A DNA stretch of 64,000 nucleotides. Origin: Paraspadella gotoi (taxonomy: Eukaryota; Animalia; Chaetognatha). The notes under the pieces were generated by a model. The model had not been told where the DNA came from, ran no database searches, and was given only the letters and a program-made list of their open reading frames with translations. Below, one piece after another: positions 24,806-37,308 of this stretch. The stretch covers positions 1,382,581 through 1,446,580 of the forward strand of contig JBJCIZ010000239.1 of NCBI GenBank assembly GCA_051294375.1, written 5' to 3'. Position numbers and translations under genes: made by a program. The stretch's first letter is position 1, and each line of letters opens with the position of its first letter.

Positions 24806-26849
24806 CTTGTTTTTTTTTGTTTTTTTTTTATATTTGATTTTGTTTTGTTTTGTTAATTTTTTGTTTACGTTTTTCGCGGATTCCTTCCTCTTTTTTTTAA
24901 TTCTGACTTTCCGATCGTTTAAAATTCGGTAGACGCGAAAGGGCGTTTAATCCGGGTATCTGTATGTATTTGTATGTATTATTTTGAATTCGCTATTCGA
25001 GCAAGATTTTTTTTTATTCTTTAAATCCGTAAACCGCAAAAAGAAAAAAAAAACTTTTTTCTTATTTTCGCTGAAGGACGAAAATTCCGATTCCAGTGTC
25101 GTTGTTGTTATTATTTGTTGTTGTCGTTGTCCTCGACGTTTTTTTGTTTTAATTTGTTTTTTTTTTTTGTATATATATACACGTATTAAAACGCGCTTTT
25201 TTTCGTACGTGTAGCGCGTTTTTTTTTTTTTTGTTTTTTTTGTCGGTATTTTTATCGAGCGAGAATCTTACTAATCCGTGGGTTTGTTATTTGTAATATA
25301 TCTATTCGTAATTAGAACGAAAATAAATTGTAACTTTGATACACTTTTAACTATTTTTTCCCCTTTTTTTTCAAATTCCCGTCGTTCTTTTGTTTTCTTT
25401 TTTTTTCGTCGGCGAAGACTTTTTTTTACGGAAATCCGAGAGACGACTCGCTACATCTCGCGGGAATTCGAATAAACGAAATATATTTATTTTATATATA
25501 TATATATATTGACGAATGACGCGTGAGTATATATATGTGTACGATTGGTCCAAATGAGAATATTTTTTTGGGGGGTNNNNNNNNNNNNNNNNNNNNNNNN
25601 NNNNNNNNNNNNNNNNNNNNNNNNNNNNNNNNNNNNNNNNNNNNNNNNNNNNNNNNNNNNNNNNNNNNNNNNNNNNNNNNNNNNNNNNNNNNNNNNNNNN
25701 NNNNNNNNNNNNNNNNNNNNNNNNNNNNNNNNNNNNNNNNNNNNNNNNNNNNNNNNNNNNNNNNNNNNNNNNNNNNNNNNNNNNNNNNNNNNNNNNNNNN
25801 NNNNNNNNNNNNNNNNNNNNNNNNNNNNNNNNNNNNNNNNNNNNNNNNNNNNNNNNNNNNNNNTAAATTTTAACGAAGAAAAAAATAATAATTTCGTTCG
25901 AGGCGAAAGAAATTTCGTAATTTCGAGACTTTTAGTAGAACGACGAACGTAAAAGAGGAAAATGATTTTTTTTTAAAGCGAAAATTAAAAAAAAACAAAT
26001 CTTTAGGAATGGGAGCCAACGCGGCGGTCAAACAATTTTTTGGATCCAAGTCAAATTCGAAAGCAATATTTTTGAGTCGCGGATTTTTTAACAAGACTTG
26101 ATTTATACTTCTATAGCCTATAGTATAGTATACCCTATAGTATAGCCTATCTAAAGTAAAAAAAATATCATGTTTGTCGTTTTATTTTTTTAGTTTATAA
26201 CATAGTAAATAAAATATTGTAAAGTCGAAACTCCGATTCTTATTTTTCCATCCAAGTAAAATAATGACAAGATAACATAAACGAAATTAAACAAAAAGTC
26301 GAAAATAAATTCTAAAAATAAACTAAGATATAAACAATGGAAAAAAAAAGAATAAGGTTTTTCAGGCGAGACAGTCGGAGTTTCCCTTTTTATTTCGTAT
26401 CAGAAAATTATTATTTTTGCCACGTGAAAAGTCAATTTCCCGGTTTTCATCGGCGAGAGCGACTAAATTTGTTCATTCGCTTGAAAGATGTACATATTGT
26501 ACTAATCATAAGATGTACATATTTTACTAATTATAAGTAAAAACCTTAATACGTTGAGAAAACTAAAACATTTTCTTTTTGAGACAAGGGAGTCAATTAA
26601 ATTTTTAAATCGAAAAAAAGAAAAGAAATTTTAAACTTAAGTTTTGACCTTGAAAAACCAGATCTCTTTATTAACGTTTTACTTTAGCAGTCAGTTATGT
26701 AATGTAATGTAATGTTTATATTTTTGAATTCACACCGATAGGTTATAATAAAATCAAGCTTTTTCTTGAAATATTTATGGTTTAATATTTTCACCACAAG
26801 ACATGAAGCTGTTTCGTACAATTTTAAACGACCGCAAAAGTCTACTGCT

Positions 26850-26901
<52 letters not shown>

Positions 26902-27173
26902 ATCATATTACTATAAATGAAACACACGATCATTCTCAAACCCCCCTGAAAAAGCTATAACCAGTTTGATCCGAGTCGTCAGAAATACGAATCCGCAAAA
27001 AATTCCTATAGTTGATTCATTGATAAAAATTCTCTCTTTCTTTGCCCTCAAATCAAAGGCTAATTATAGCAGCTCGGGGATTTCAACCTTAAATTTGGCA
27101 GAAGATCTTTTGTTTTTTCTGTGTCAATAGAAATATAAAAAGAAAGGAAAGAAGAAAGGAAAAAGAAAGGAAA

Positions 27174-27455
27174 AACAAGATCGGTCCATCCAATGTGTTG
27201 TGACTTTCTTAGCCCGTGTATTTATGACACGCACTGAATAGCAATTTTATCTTTTATTCTTTTTAGTTTTAGAATTTCCTGAAGACGGCGCTAGCAGTCA
27301 CTTACATTTGATGTTTTTTTCCCTATCTTAACAAATGAGCAACTAACTATAGGCGAGTTGTGTGCATATTTAATGCAAGTAGGACAGACTGACCGACAGA
27401 CATGCCGACCGACCGACAGACCGACCGAAAAGTTTCTCCGGCGCAACTAAAAATA
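27174..27455. mobile_element. HINE-like element copy
   Basis: AACAAGATCGG...ACTTTCTTAGCCCGTGTATTTATGACACGCACTG...ACAAATGAGCAACTAACTATA...(GACC)n GAAAAGT...GCGCAACTAAAA. Confidence 0.6.
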
Positions 27456-28114
27456 AAGAGGAAAAAAAGGAGAGAGAAAAAAAAAAGGAATTAAGAATCT
27501 CGATTTAATCAAGGAAGAGATGAGCTTAAATCCGAATTAAGATTTTTGTTTTTTGTTTTTTTTCGATCGAAAGATTTGATTTGTTTGTTTCGATTCGCGA
27601 GCTAATTTAGATTTAGAAACTTTGGGATTAAGGGATTTGGAGAGGATTAGAATCGGATTAGGGAGAGGATTAGAATCGGATTAGGGTTAGATTTTGGAAT
27701 CGATTCGAATAGGGCCTATTTGGATTTTAATTCGAAGAAAAAAGATTACGATTTCTATTTTAATNNNNNNNNNNNNNNNNNNNNNNNNNNNNNNNNNNNN
27801 NNNNNNNNNNNNNNNNNNNNNNNNNNNNNNNNNNNNNNNNNNNNNNNNNNNNNNNNNNNNNNNNNNNNNNNNNNNNNNNNNNNNNNNNNNNNNNNNNNNN
27901 NNNNNNNNNNNNNNNNNNNNNNNNNNNNNNNNNNNNNNNNNNNNNNNNNNNNNNNNNNNNNNNNNNNNNNNNNNNNNNNNNNNNNNNNNNNNNNNNNNNN
28001 NNNNNNNNNNNNCGCCTTTTGTTTCTCTCCCTCTCGTCCTAATGACGACTTCAGACACCAGATGGCGTTGGTTTCGGCACCGAGCCAACGACGACGACAA
28101 TAACAAGCAACAGA

Positions 28115-28151
<37 letters not shown>

Positions 28152-28595
28152 AAAACGGAGGGAAAAGGACAAAATGGCTTCTAAACAGAGTTGGGAACCG
28201 AAGAGAGATAAAGGGAGGAAAGAAAGAAAGAATGTAAGAAAGAAAGAAAGNNNNNNNNNNNNNNNNNNNNNNNNNNNNNNNNNNNNNNNNNNNNNNNNNN
28301 NNNNNNNNNNNNNNNNNNNNNNNNNNNNNNNNNNNNNNNNNNNNNNNNNNNNNNNNNNNNNNNNNNNNNNNNNNNNNNNNNNNNNNNNNNNNNNNNNNNN
28401 NNNNNNNNNNNNNNNNNNNNNNNNNNNNNNNNNNNNNNNNNNNNNNNNNNNNNNNNNNNNNNNNNNNNNNNNNNNNNNNNNNNNNNNNNNNNNNNNNNNN
28501 NNNNNNNNNNNNNNNNNNTTTTTTTTTCGTTTTCCTTGATCTTTTGTTTACATTTTCCGTCTTTTGTTTTTATCCCGTTTCTCCCAGATTTCATT

Positions 28596-29165
28596 CTTTT
28601 TAAATGCGCCGCGAGTACTCGCGGAGCAACTCTATAAGTCACTTTTCGGTCGGTCTGTCGGTCAGTCGATCGGTCGGTCGGTTTGTCTCTCTGTCGATCT
28701 TTCCCACTTTCGTTAAAAATGTATATAATTTTGCTATAGTTGGTTGCTCATTTGTTAAGACATAAAAAAATCTCAAATCTAAGGGACTTCTAGAGCCGCC
28801 TTCAGAAATTCCTAAAACTATAAAGAATAAAAGATACAGTGCATGTNNNNNNNNNNNNNNNNNNNNNNNNNNNNNNNNNNNNNNNNNNNNNNNNNNNNNN
28901 NNNNNNNNNNNNNNNNNNNNNNNNNNNNNNNNNNNNNNNNNNNNNNNNNNNNNNNNNNNNNNNNNNNNNNNNNNNNNNNNNNNNNNNNNNNNNNNNNNNN
29001 NNNNNNNNNNNNNNNNNNNNNNNNNNNNNNNNNNNNNNNNNNNNNNNNNNNNNNNNNNNNNNNNNNNNNNNNNNNNNNNNNNNNNNNNNNNNNNNNNNNN
29101 NNNNNNNNNNNNNNNNTCAAAGGGAAATACACGTGAAAATAAAGTCACTGCGGCGATATAATGTT
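28596..29165. mobile_element. HINE-like element copy, opposite orientation, interrupted by an N gap
   Basis: Palindrome CCGCGAGTACTCGCGG (28609-28624), (GGTC)n, TATAGTTGGTTGCTCATTTGT. Resumes after the gap with AAAGTCACTGCGGCG. Confidence 0.6.
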
Positions 29166-29599
29166 TTTTTTGAAATCCATTTTATCTTTTAATATATTTA
29201 TTCGTGTCGACTTTTTAATTTCCGATTTATGAATAAAGAAAATATTATCTTATAATCATTTTATGTCATTTAGATATTTTAATTATGAGTAAAACCTTCA
29301 AAATTTGATACAGTCTTTGCTCATATAGCGATAGCGAGCCGAAAGAACTCGGCGTGAAATCCAGATTTTTAACATCACGATTTCGAGTTAAATTTTGAAT
29401 CTTTTTTATAAATAAAAAGTAAAATGACGACTTATTTTAGTCATTCTTTTATTTTGAGGTTAAAATTAAAAACAGCGAAGAGGCAACACATAAAAAAGGG
29501 TTTTGTTTTTGTTTTTGTCTTTTTTTTTCTTTTTTTTTCTGTTTCGTCAGGCAAAGAAAAACCCCACGAATGTTGTAAACGTTTCTCACGTCACGATTA

Positions 29600-29650
29600 A
29601 AAACCGCGTCTGTGGCGGCGGCCATCTTGGATTCTGGTTTTTCGGTAAGA
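29600..29650. promoter_or_regulatory. Putative TSS/first-exon region with YY1-type motif
   Basis: GGCGGCGGCCATCTTGG (29614-29630) in an AT-rich background, followed by a plus-strand donor CG|GTAAGA at 29645. Confidence 0.3.
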
Positions 29651-29749
29651 GAACTCTGCCTTTTTTTTATTGTTTATTTTTAGGTCGTTTTATTTTAAAA
29701 GAGAGAGATTTTTACATTGAACAAAATCGTTTTCTGTTATTTTTAAAGT

Positions 29750-32700
29750 TTCATATCTTTTAGGAGAAAAGTCGTTTCTGGTGTATTTAAACGTTTTTAT
29801 CTCTTTGAGAGTGAGAGAAGCTCACATAAAATTAAGAGAAAGAGAGAGAGAAGGAGACATATAAATAAAGAGAGGAAATTTGTTTTGTTTGATAAAAAGA
29901 TATTTAATAACTGTCGCTACACAATTTTAAGCAACCTCGATGATCTTATTTGCAGAAGTATTTAACGTTTTTATTTCTTTTTTCTTTGAAATATCGTTTT
30001 CCGGTGTTTAGAAAATTTGTTTATCTCTTTTTACATTGCGGAAAAAGCGTTTTTCTGTTTGTGTCTTTTTAAGAAGTTGTTATCTTCTTTGGAAATGTCG
30101 TCTGCGGTGTATTTAACGTTTTATTAACTTTTTTACTTTAGAAAAGTCGTTTATCGGTGTTTTTTAAATCTTTTATTACATTGAAAAACGTTTGCCGTTT
30201 TTTTTTTTTAAAGTTTTTTATTTCTTTAAGCCATTTGGAAAAAACTTCGTTTCTGTTATTTTTAAAAGTTTCCATAATCTTTTTACAGTGAGGAAAAAAG
30301 GTCGTTTTCTCTGGTGTATTAACGTTTTTTATCTATTGATGAGTGAGAGAAAGCTATATAAAATTAAAAGAGAAACAGAGAGAGAGAGGAGACATAAAAA
30401 TATAAAGAGAGGAAATTGTTTGTTTTGATAAAAAGATATTTAAATAACTGTCCTCACGCCAATTTTAACAACCTCGATGATGTTATTTGCAGAAGTATTT
30501 AACGTTTTTATTTCTTTTTTCCTTTAAAAATATCGTTTTCCCCGGTGTTTTAGAAATTTTTTATCTCTTTTTACACTGGAAAAAGGTTTTTTTCTTTGTT
30601 TTTAAAAGTTGTTATCATCTTTGGAAATATCGTCTGCCGCTGTATTTTAACATTTTTATCTTTTTTTTACTTTAGAAAAGTCGTTTATATTCGGTGTTGT
30701 TTTAACATCTTTTTACATTGGAAAAAACGTTTCCGTTTTTTTTTAAGTTTTTATTTCTTTTTACATTGGAAAAAGTCGTTTTCTGTTATTTTTAGTTTTC
30801 CATGATCTTTTTAACAGAGAAAAGTCCGTTTTCTTGGTGTATTTAACGTTTATCTTTTGAAGAGTGAGAGAAAGCTACATAAAAATTAAAGAGAAAGAGA
30901 GAGAGAAGGAGACATAAAAAAAGAGAGGAATTTGTTTGTTTTGATAAAAAGATATTTAATAACTGTCTCACCCAATTTTAATCACCTCGATGATGTTATT
31001 TGCAGAAGTATTTAAACGTTTTTAAATTCTTTTTTCTTTGAAAAATCGTTTTCCGGCTGTTTTAGAAAATTTTTTATCTCTTTTTACGATTGGAAAAGCG
31101 TTTTTCTTTGTTTTTAAAAGTTGTTATCTCTTTGGGAAATTATCGTCTGCCGCTGTATTTACGTTATCACTTTTTACTTTAGAAAAGTCGTTTTATCGGT
31201 TGTTTTTTAACCTCTTTTACATTGGAAAAAACGTTTGCCAGTTTTTTTTTTAAAGTTTTTATTTCTTTTTTACATTGAAAAAATCGTTTTCTGTTATTTT
31301 TAAGTTTTCATATGCTTTTTTTACGAGAAAGTCGTTTCCATGGTGTATTTAACGTTTTTATCTATTTGAGAGTGAGAGAAAGCTACATAAAATTAAAGAG
31401 AAAAGAGAGAGAGAAGAAGACATAAAATAAAAGAGAGGAAATTTGTTTTGTTTTGATAAAAGATATTTAATAACTGTCCCACCCATTTTAACAACCTGCG
31501 ATGATGTTATTGCAGAAGTATTTTAACGTTTTTTATTTCTTTTTTCTTAAAAATATCGTTTTCCGTGTTTTAGAAATTTTTTTATCTCTTTTTTACATTG
31601 GAAAAAGCGTTTTTTCCTTTGTTTTTAAGTTGTATCTTCTTTGGAAATATCGTCTCCGCTTATTTTAACGTTTTTCTCACTTTTTACTTTAGAAAAGTCG
31701 TTTTATGTCGGTGTTTTTTAACTCTTTTAACATTGGAAAAAACGTTTGCCCGTTTTTTTAAAAAGTTTTTAATTTCTTTTTTACATTGAAAAAAATGCGT
31801 TTTCTGTTATTTCCTAAATTTTTCATATCTTATTTAGCGAGAAAAAGTGTTTTCTGGTGCTATTTATTAACGTTTTTATTCTATTGAGAGTGAGCAGAAA
31901 GCTACATAAAATTAAGGAGAAAAGAGAGCAGAGAGAAAGGAGACATAAAATAAAAGAAGAGGAAATTTGTTTGTTTTTGATAAAAAAGATATTTATAACT
32001 GTCCTCAACCCAATTTTAACACTCGATGATGTTATTATGCAGAAGTATTTAACGTTTTTATTCTTTTCTTTGAAAATATCGTTTTCGCGGTGTTTTAGAA
32101 ATTTTTCTATCTCTTTTAGCATTGGAAAAGCGTTTTTCTTTGTTTTTAAAGTTGTTATCTCTTTGGAAATATCGTCTCGGTGTTTAACATTTTTATTACT
32201 TTTTACTTTAGAAAGTCGTTTATCGGTGTTTTTTACGTCTTTTTACATTGAAAAAATGGTTTGGCTCGTTTTTTTTTAAGTTTTTTATTTCTTTTTACAT
32301 TGGAAAAAATCGTTTTTCTGTTATTTTTAAGTTTTCATATCTTTTTTAGCACGAGAAAAAGTCGTTTTCTGGCGTATTTAACGTTTTTTCTATTGAGAGT
32401 GAGAGAAAGCACATAAAATTCAAAGAGAAAAGAGAGAGAGAAGGAGACATAAAAATAAAAGAAAGGAATTTGTTTGTTTTGATAAAAAGATATTTAAGTA
32501 ACTGTCCCCTCAACACCCAATTTCAACAACTCGATGATGTTTATTTGCAGAAGTATTTAACGTTTTTATTTTTTTTTCTTTTGAAAATATCGTTTTCCCG
32601 GTGTTTTAGAAATTTTTTTATCTCTTTTAACATTGGAAAAAAGCGTTTTCTTTTGTTTTTAAAGTGTTATCTTCTTTTGGAAATTATCGTCTGCCGCTGT

Positions 32701-35700
32701 ATTTAACGTTTTTATCACTTTTTACCTTTAGAAAATCGTTTATCGGTGTTTTTTAATATTTTTTTAGCATTGGAAAAAAACGTTTTGCCGTTTTTTTAAA
32801 AGTTTTTATTTCTTTTTACATTGAAAAAATCGTTTCTGTTATTTTTAAAAGTTTTCATATCTTTTTAGCGAGAAAAGTCGTTTCCTGGTGTATTTAACGT
32901 TTTTTATCTATTGAGAGTGAGAGAAAGCTACATAAAATTAAAAGAGAAAAGAGAGAGAGAGAAGGAGACATAAAAATAAAAGAGAGGAAATTTGTTTTGT
33001 TTTTGATTAAAAAGATATTTAATAACTGTCCCCTCACCCATTTTAACTCACCTCGATGATGTTATTTTGCAGAAGTATTAAGCGTTTTTATTTCTTTTTT
33101 CTTTGAATTCGGTTTCCGGTGTTTTAGAAATTTTTAACTCTCTTTTTACATTGGAAAAAGCTTTTTTCTTTGTTTTTAAAGGTGTTATCTCTTTGGAAAT
33201 ATCGTCTGCGGCTGTATTAACTTTTTAATCAACTTTTACTTTAGAAAAGTCGTTTATCGGTGTTTTTTTTAAATTTTTTTATCATTGGAAAAAAACGTTT
33301 GCCGTTTTTTTTAAAAGTTTTTATTTCTTTTACATTGAAAAAATCGTTTTCTGTTATTTTTAAAGTTTTCATATCTTTTTACAGAGAAAAAGTCGTTTTC
33401 TGGTGTAATTTAACCGTTTTTTATCTTTTGAGTGAGAGAAAGCTACATAAAATTAAAGGAGAAAAAGAGAGAGAGAAGGAGACATAAAAATAAAAGAGAG
33501 GAAATTTTGTTTGTTTTGATAAAAAGATATTTAAATAACTGTCCTCACCACAATTTTACCAACCTCTGATGATGTTATTTTGCAGAAGTAATTTAACGTT
33601 TTTATTTCTTTTTCTTTAAAATATCGTTTTCCGGGTTAGAAATTTTTATCTCCTTTTACATTTTGAAAAAGCGTTTTTCTTTGTTTTTAAAGTTGTTATC
33701 CTTCTTTGGGAAAATCGTCTGCCGCTGTATTTAACGTTTATCCACTTTTTTACTTTAGAAAAGTCGTTTATTCGGTGTTTTTTATTTAACCTCTTTTTAC
33801 ATTGGAAAAAACATTTGCCGTTTTTTTTAAAGTTTTTATTCTTTTTACATTGAAAAAAAATCTTTTCTTTATTTTTAAAGTTTTCATATCTTTTTACAGA
33901 AGAAAAGTCGTTTTCTGGTTATTTAACGTTTTTATCTTTTGAGAGTGAGAGAAAGCTACATAAAATTAAAGATAAAGAAAAAGAGAGAGAGAAGGAGACA
34001 TAAAAATAAAAGAGGGAAATTTGTTTGTTTTGAATAAAAAGATATTTAATAACTTCCTCCACCCAATTTTAATTAAAACCTCGATGATGTTATTGGCAGA
34101 AGTATTTTAACGTTTTTATTTCTTTTTCTTTGAAAAATATCGTTTTCCGGTGTTTTAAGAATTTTTTATCTCTTTTTACATTGGAAAAAGCGTTTTTTTC
34201 TTTGTTTTTAAGTTGTTATCTCTTTGGAAATGTCGTCCTGCCGGTGTATTTAACGTTTTATTTACTTTTTACTTTCAGAAAAGTCCGGTTTTATCTTTCG
34301 GTGTTTTTTAACTCTTTTTACATTGGAAAAAACGTTGCCTTTTTTTTAAAGTTTTTATTTCTTTTACTTGGAAAAAATGTTTTCTGTATTTTTAAAGTTT
34401 TCATATCTTTTTACAGAGAAAAAGTTCGTTTCTGGTGTATTTAACGTTTTTATCTATTGAGAGTGGAAGAAAGCTACATAATTAAAGAGAAAAGAGAGAG
34501 ATGAAGGAGACATAAAAATAAGAAGGAAATTTGTTTGTTTTTGATAAAAAGATATTTAATAACTGTCCTCCCCAATTTTTAACAAAACCTCGATGATGTT
34601 ATTTGCAGAAGTATTTAACGTTTTTATTTTCTTTTTTCTTTAAAAATATCGTTTTCCCCGGTGTTTTAGAAATTTTTTATCTCTTTTACCATTGAAAAGC
34701 GTTTTTTTTCTTTTGTTTTTTAAAGTTGTTATCTCTTTGGAAATATCGGTCTGCCGCTGTATTTACGTTTTTATCACTTTTTACTTTAGAAAAGTCCGTT
34801 TATCGGGTGTTTTTTTAACTTTTTTACATGGAAAAAAACGTTTGGCCGTTTTTTTTTAAAGTTTTTATTATCTTTTACATTGGAAAAAATCGTTTTCTGT
34901 TATTTTTAAAGTTTTCATATCTTTTTTACAGAGAAAAAGTCGTTTCTGGTGTAATTTAACGTTTTTATCTTTTGAGAGTGAGAGAAAGCTACATAAAATT
35001 AAAGAGAAAAGAGAGAGAGAAGGAGACATAAAAATAAAAGAGGAGGAAATTTGTTTGTTTTGATAAAAAGAATAATTTAATAACTGTCCTCACTCCAATT
35101 TTAACACCTTCGATGATGTTAATTTGCAGAGAGTATTTAACGTTTTATTTCTTTTTTCTTTGAAAATATCGTTTTCCGGTGGTTTTAGAAAATTTTTATC
35201 TTCCTTTTAGCATTGGAAAAAGCCGTTTTTCTTTGTTTTTAAAAGTTGTATCTCTTTGGAAATATCGTCTGCCGGTGTATTTAAATTTTATTACTTTACT
35301 TTAGAAAAGTGTTTATCGGTGTTTTTTAACTCTTTAATGGAAAACGTTTGCCGTTTTTTTTAAAGTTTTTATTTCTTTTTCCATTGGAAAAATCGTTTTC
35401 TGTTAATTTTTACAAAAGTTTTCATATCTTTTACAGGAAAAAGTCGGTTTTCTGGTGTAGTTTCCGTTTTTTATCTATTGAGAGTGAGAGAAAGCTACAT
35501 AAAATTAAAGAAAAAAGAGAGAGGAAGGAGACTAAAAATAAAAAGAAGGAAATTTGTTTGTTTTGATAAAAAGAATTTAATAAACTGTCCTCACACCAAT
35601 TTTTTTAAAAAAATAAAAAATATATTTAACAACCTCGATGATGTTTATTTGCAGAAGTATTGTAACGTTTTTTATTTCTTTTTTCTTTCCAAAATATCGT

Positions 35701-35932
35701 TTCCGGTGTTTAGAGAAATTTGTTATCTTCTTTATTACATTGGAAAGCGTTTTTTCTTATTTTTTTAAAGTTGTTAATCTCTTTGGAAATATCGTCTGCC
35801 CGGCTGTATTTTAACGTTTTATGCACTTTTTACTTTGCAAGTCGTTTATCGGTGTTTTTTAACTCTTTTAACCATTGGAAAAAACGTTTTTGCCGTTTTT
35901 TTTTTATAGTTTTTAATTTCTTTTTACATTGG
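29750..35932. repeat. AT-rich tandem satellite, ~515-bp unit, ~12 copies
   Basis: Landmark AGAAAGCTACATAAAATTAAAGAGAAAAGAGAGAGAGAAGGAGACAT recurs near 29815, 30348, 30868, 31377, 31896, 32403, 32922, 33437, 33950, 34468, 34982 and 35488. Internal ~50-bp sub-repeats (TTTTACATTGGAAAAA..CGTTT). Confidence 0.95.
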
Positions 35933-36474
35933 AAGTCACCCTGTATCTTTCACCAACGTCCAAGTTGATTTATTTTTATATTTGAAACGAAAATTATATA
36001 ATAAAAAGATCGATCCCCCACAAAAGTAAATTTCCTTATTTTTAAAAATTCGTTTAATTCAAAGTGAATTAGTATTCGAAACAGTTTTTCCCCCACAAAC
36101 TCTTATTTGAACGACAGCGACTGTTGAGTGTTGATCGCTCTCTCTCTCTCATCTCTCTCTCTCTCTCCTCTCTGTCTCTCTCTCTCTCTTCTCTCTCTTC
36201 TCTATCCCTTTCCTCCTCTCTCTATTCTCTCTCTCTCTCTATTCGATACCGCGATTTTTTTCCCGTCGTTTTTCTCATCTACTACGACGACGGGCCGACG
36301 ACGACACAGACGACGAACTTTTATTATTTTTATCTTTCGTCGGATTTTTTTTTAATTTAAAATTTTTTCATCGTAACTTTCTTTTATAAACTGTGAGAAA
36401 GGGGGGAAAAAGATGAGAGAGAAAGAGAGAAGAAGAGAGGAGGAGGAGAGAGAGGAGAAGAGAGAGGAGAGAGA

Positions 36475-36542
<68 letters not shown>

Positions 36543-37268
36543 TAGAAAGAGAGAGAGAGAAGAGATAAAACCCGTGTGGCCGAGTTTTAGGTTTCATTCT
36601 TTTTGTTTCNNNNNNNNNNNNNNNNNNNNNNNNNTTTTTTTTTCTTTTCTGTTTGTTTGTTTTCTTTTTTTTCGTCGGGCGAATCTTGACTTCTGGTTTT
36701 CGTCTTTTGGCCGAAAAAGAAACTGGGATGAGAATTCGATGCCGCTGGGGAACTCGCGTCGTCGTTGTTGTCGTCGTTGTCGTCGTCGTTGTCGTTGTTT
36801 CTGTTGTCGTTGTCGTTTTTAACCTTGATCTTTTGTTGTCGTCGTTGTCGTTGTCTTTATTGTCATCCGTTGTTATTGTTAATCGTTGTTGTCATTTTTA
36901 TTGTTTGTTTTATTTATATGTTTTCATTTTCCGTTGTTATTATTATTTTTGTCGTTTTATATATACGTATTGTATAATAATCTTTAAAAAAATCTTTCAA
37001 TTGGTTTTAGATTCAGAAAATAGCGACGTTAATTAACGAAGCTCGTAACGAGGTTAAAAAGGTAAATCCAGTGGTCAAGTCGTTACGACCTCGCGACACG
37101 CGAGAATACGTGAATGCCGTAATGCCCAATCGACTTATGGTCGTCGTTATTAATATAGAAACGTCGTAAAAACAGTTGGATGCTTCGATGCCGTCGCAGA
37201 TGCCGTAGATGCCGTATTCCGGTGTATTCGATCAATCGAAAAAATGTTTTTTCTCAAATCAGAATCTC

Positions 37269-37308
<40 letters not shown>

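Noticed and set aside
29750-35932. Regularly spaced repeats as a possible CRISPR-like array
   Set aside because: The whole unit repeats, with no unique spacers and no cas genes, in a eukaryotic context. The same applies to the 65-bp and 15-bp repeats.
36115-36240. Possible PacBio SMRTbell adapter remnant near the inverted segment
   Set aside because: Only ATCTCTCTC matches, which is expected within (CT)n; the adapter core is absent.
37011-37250. Complex island with possible plus-strand exon IQKIATLINEARNEVKK|GTAAAT
   Set aside because: Open frames exist on both strands, with no recognisable homology and a weak donor; cannot be supported.
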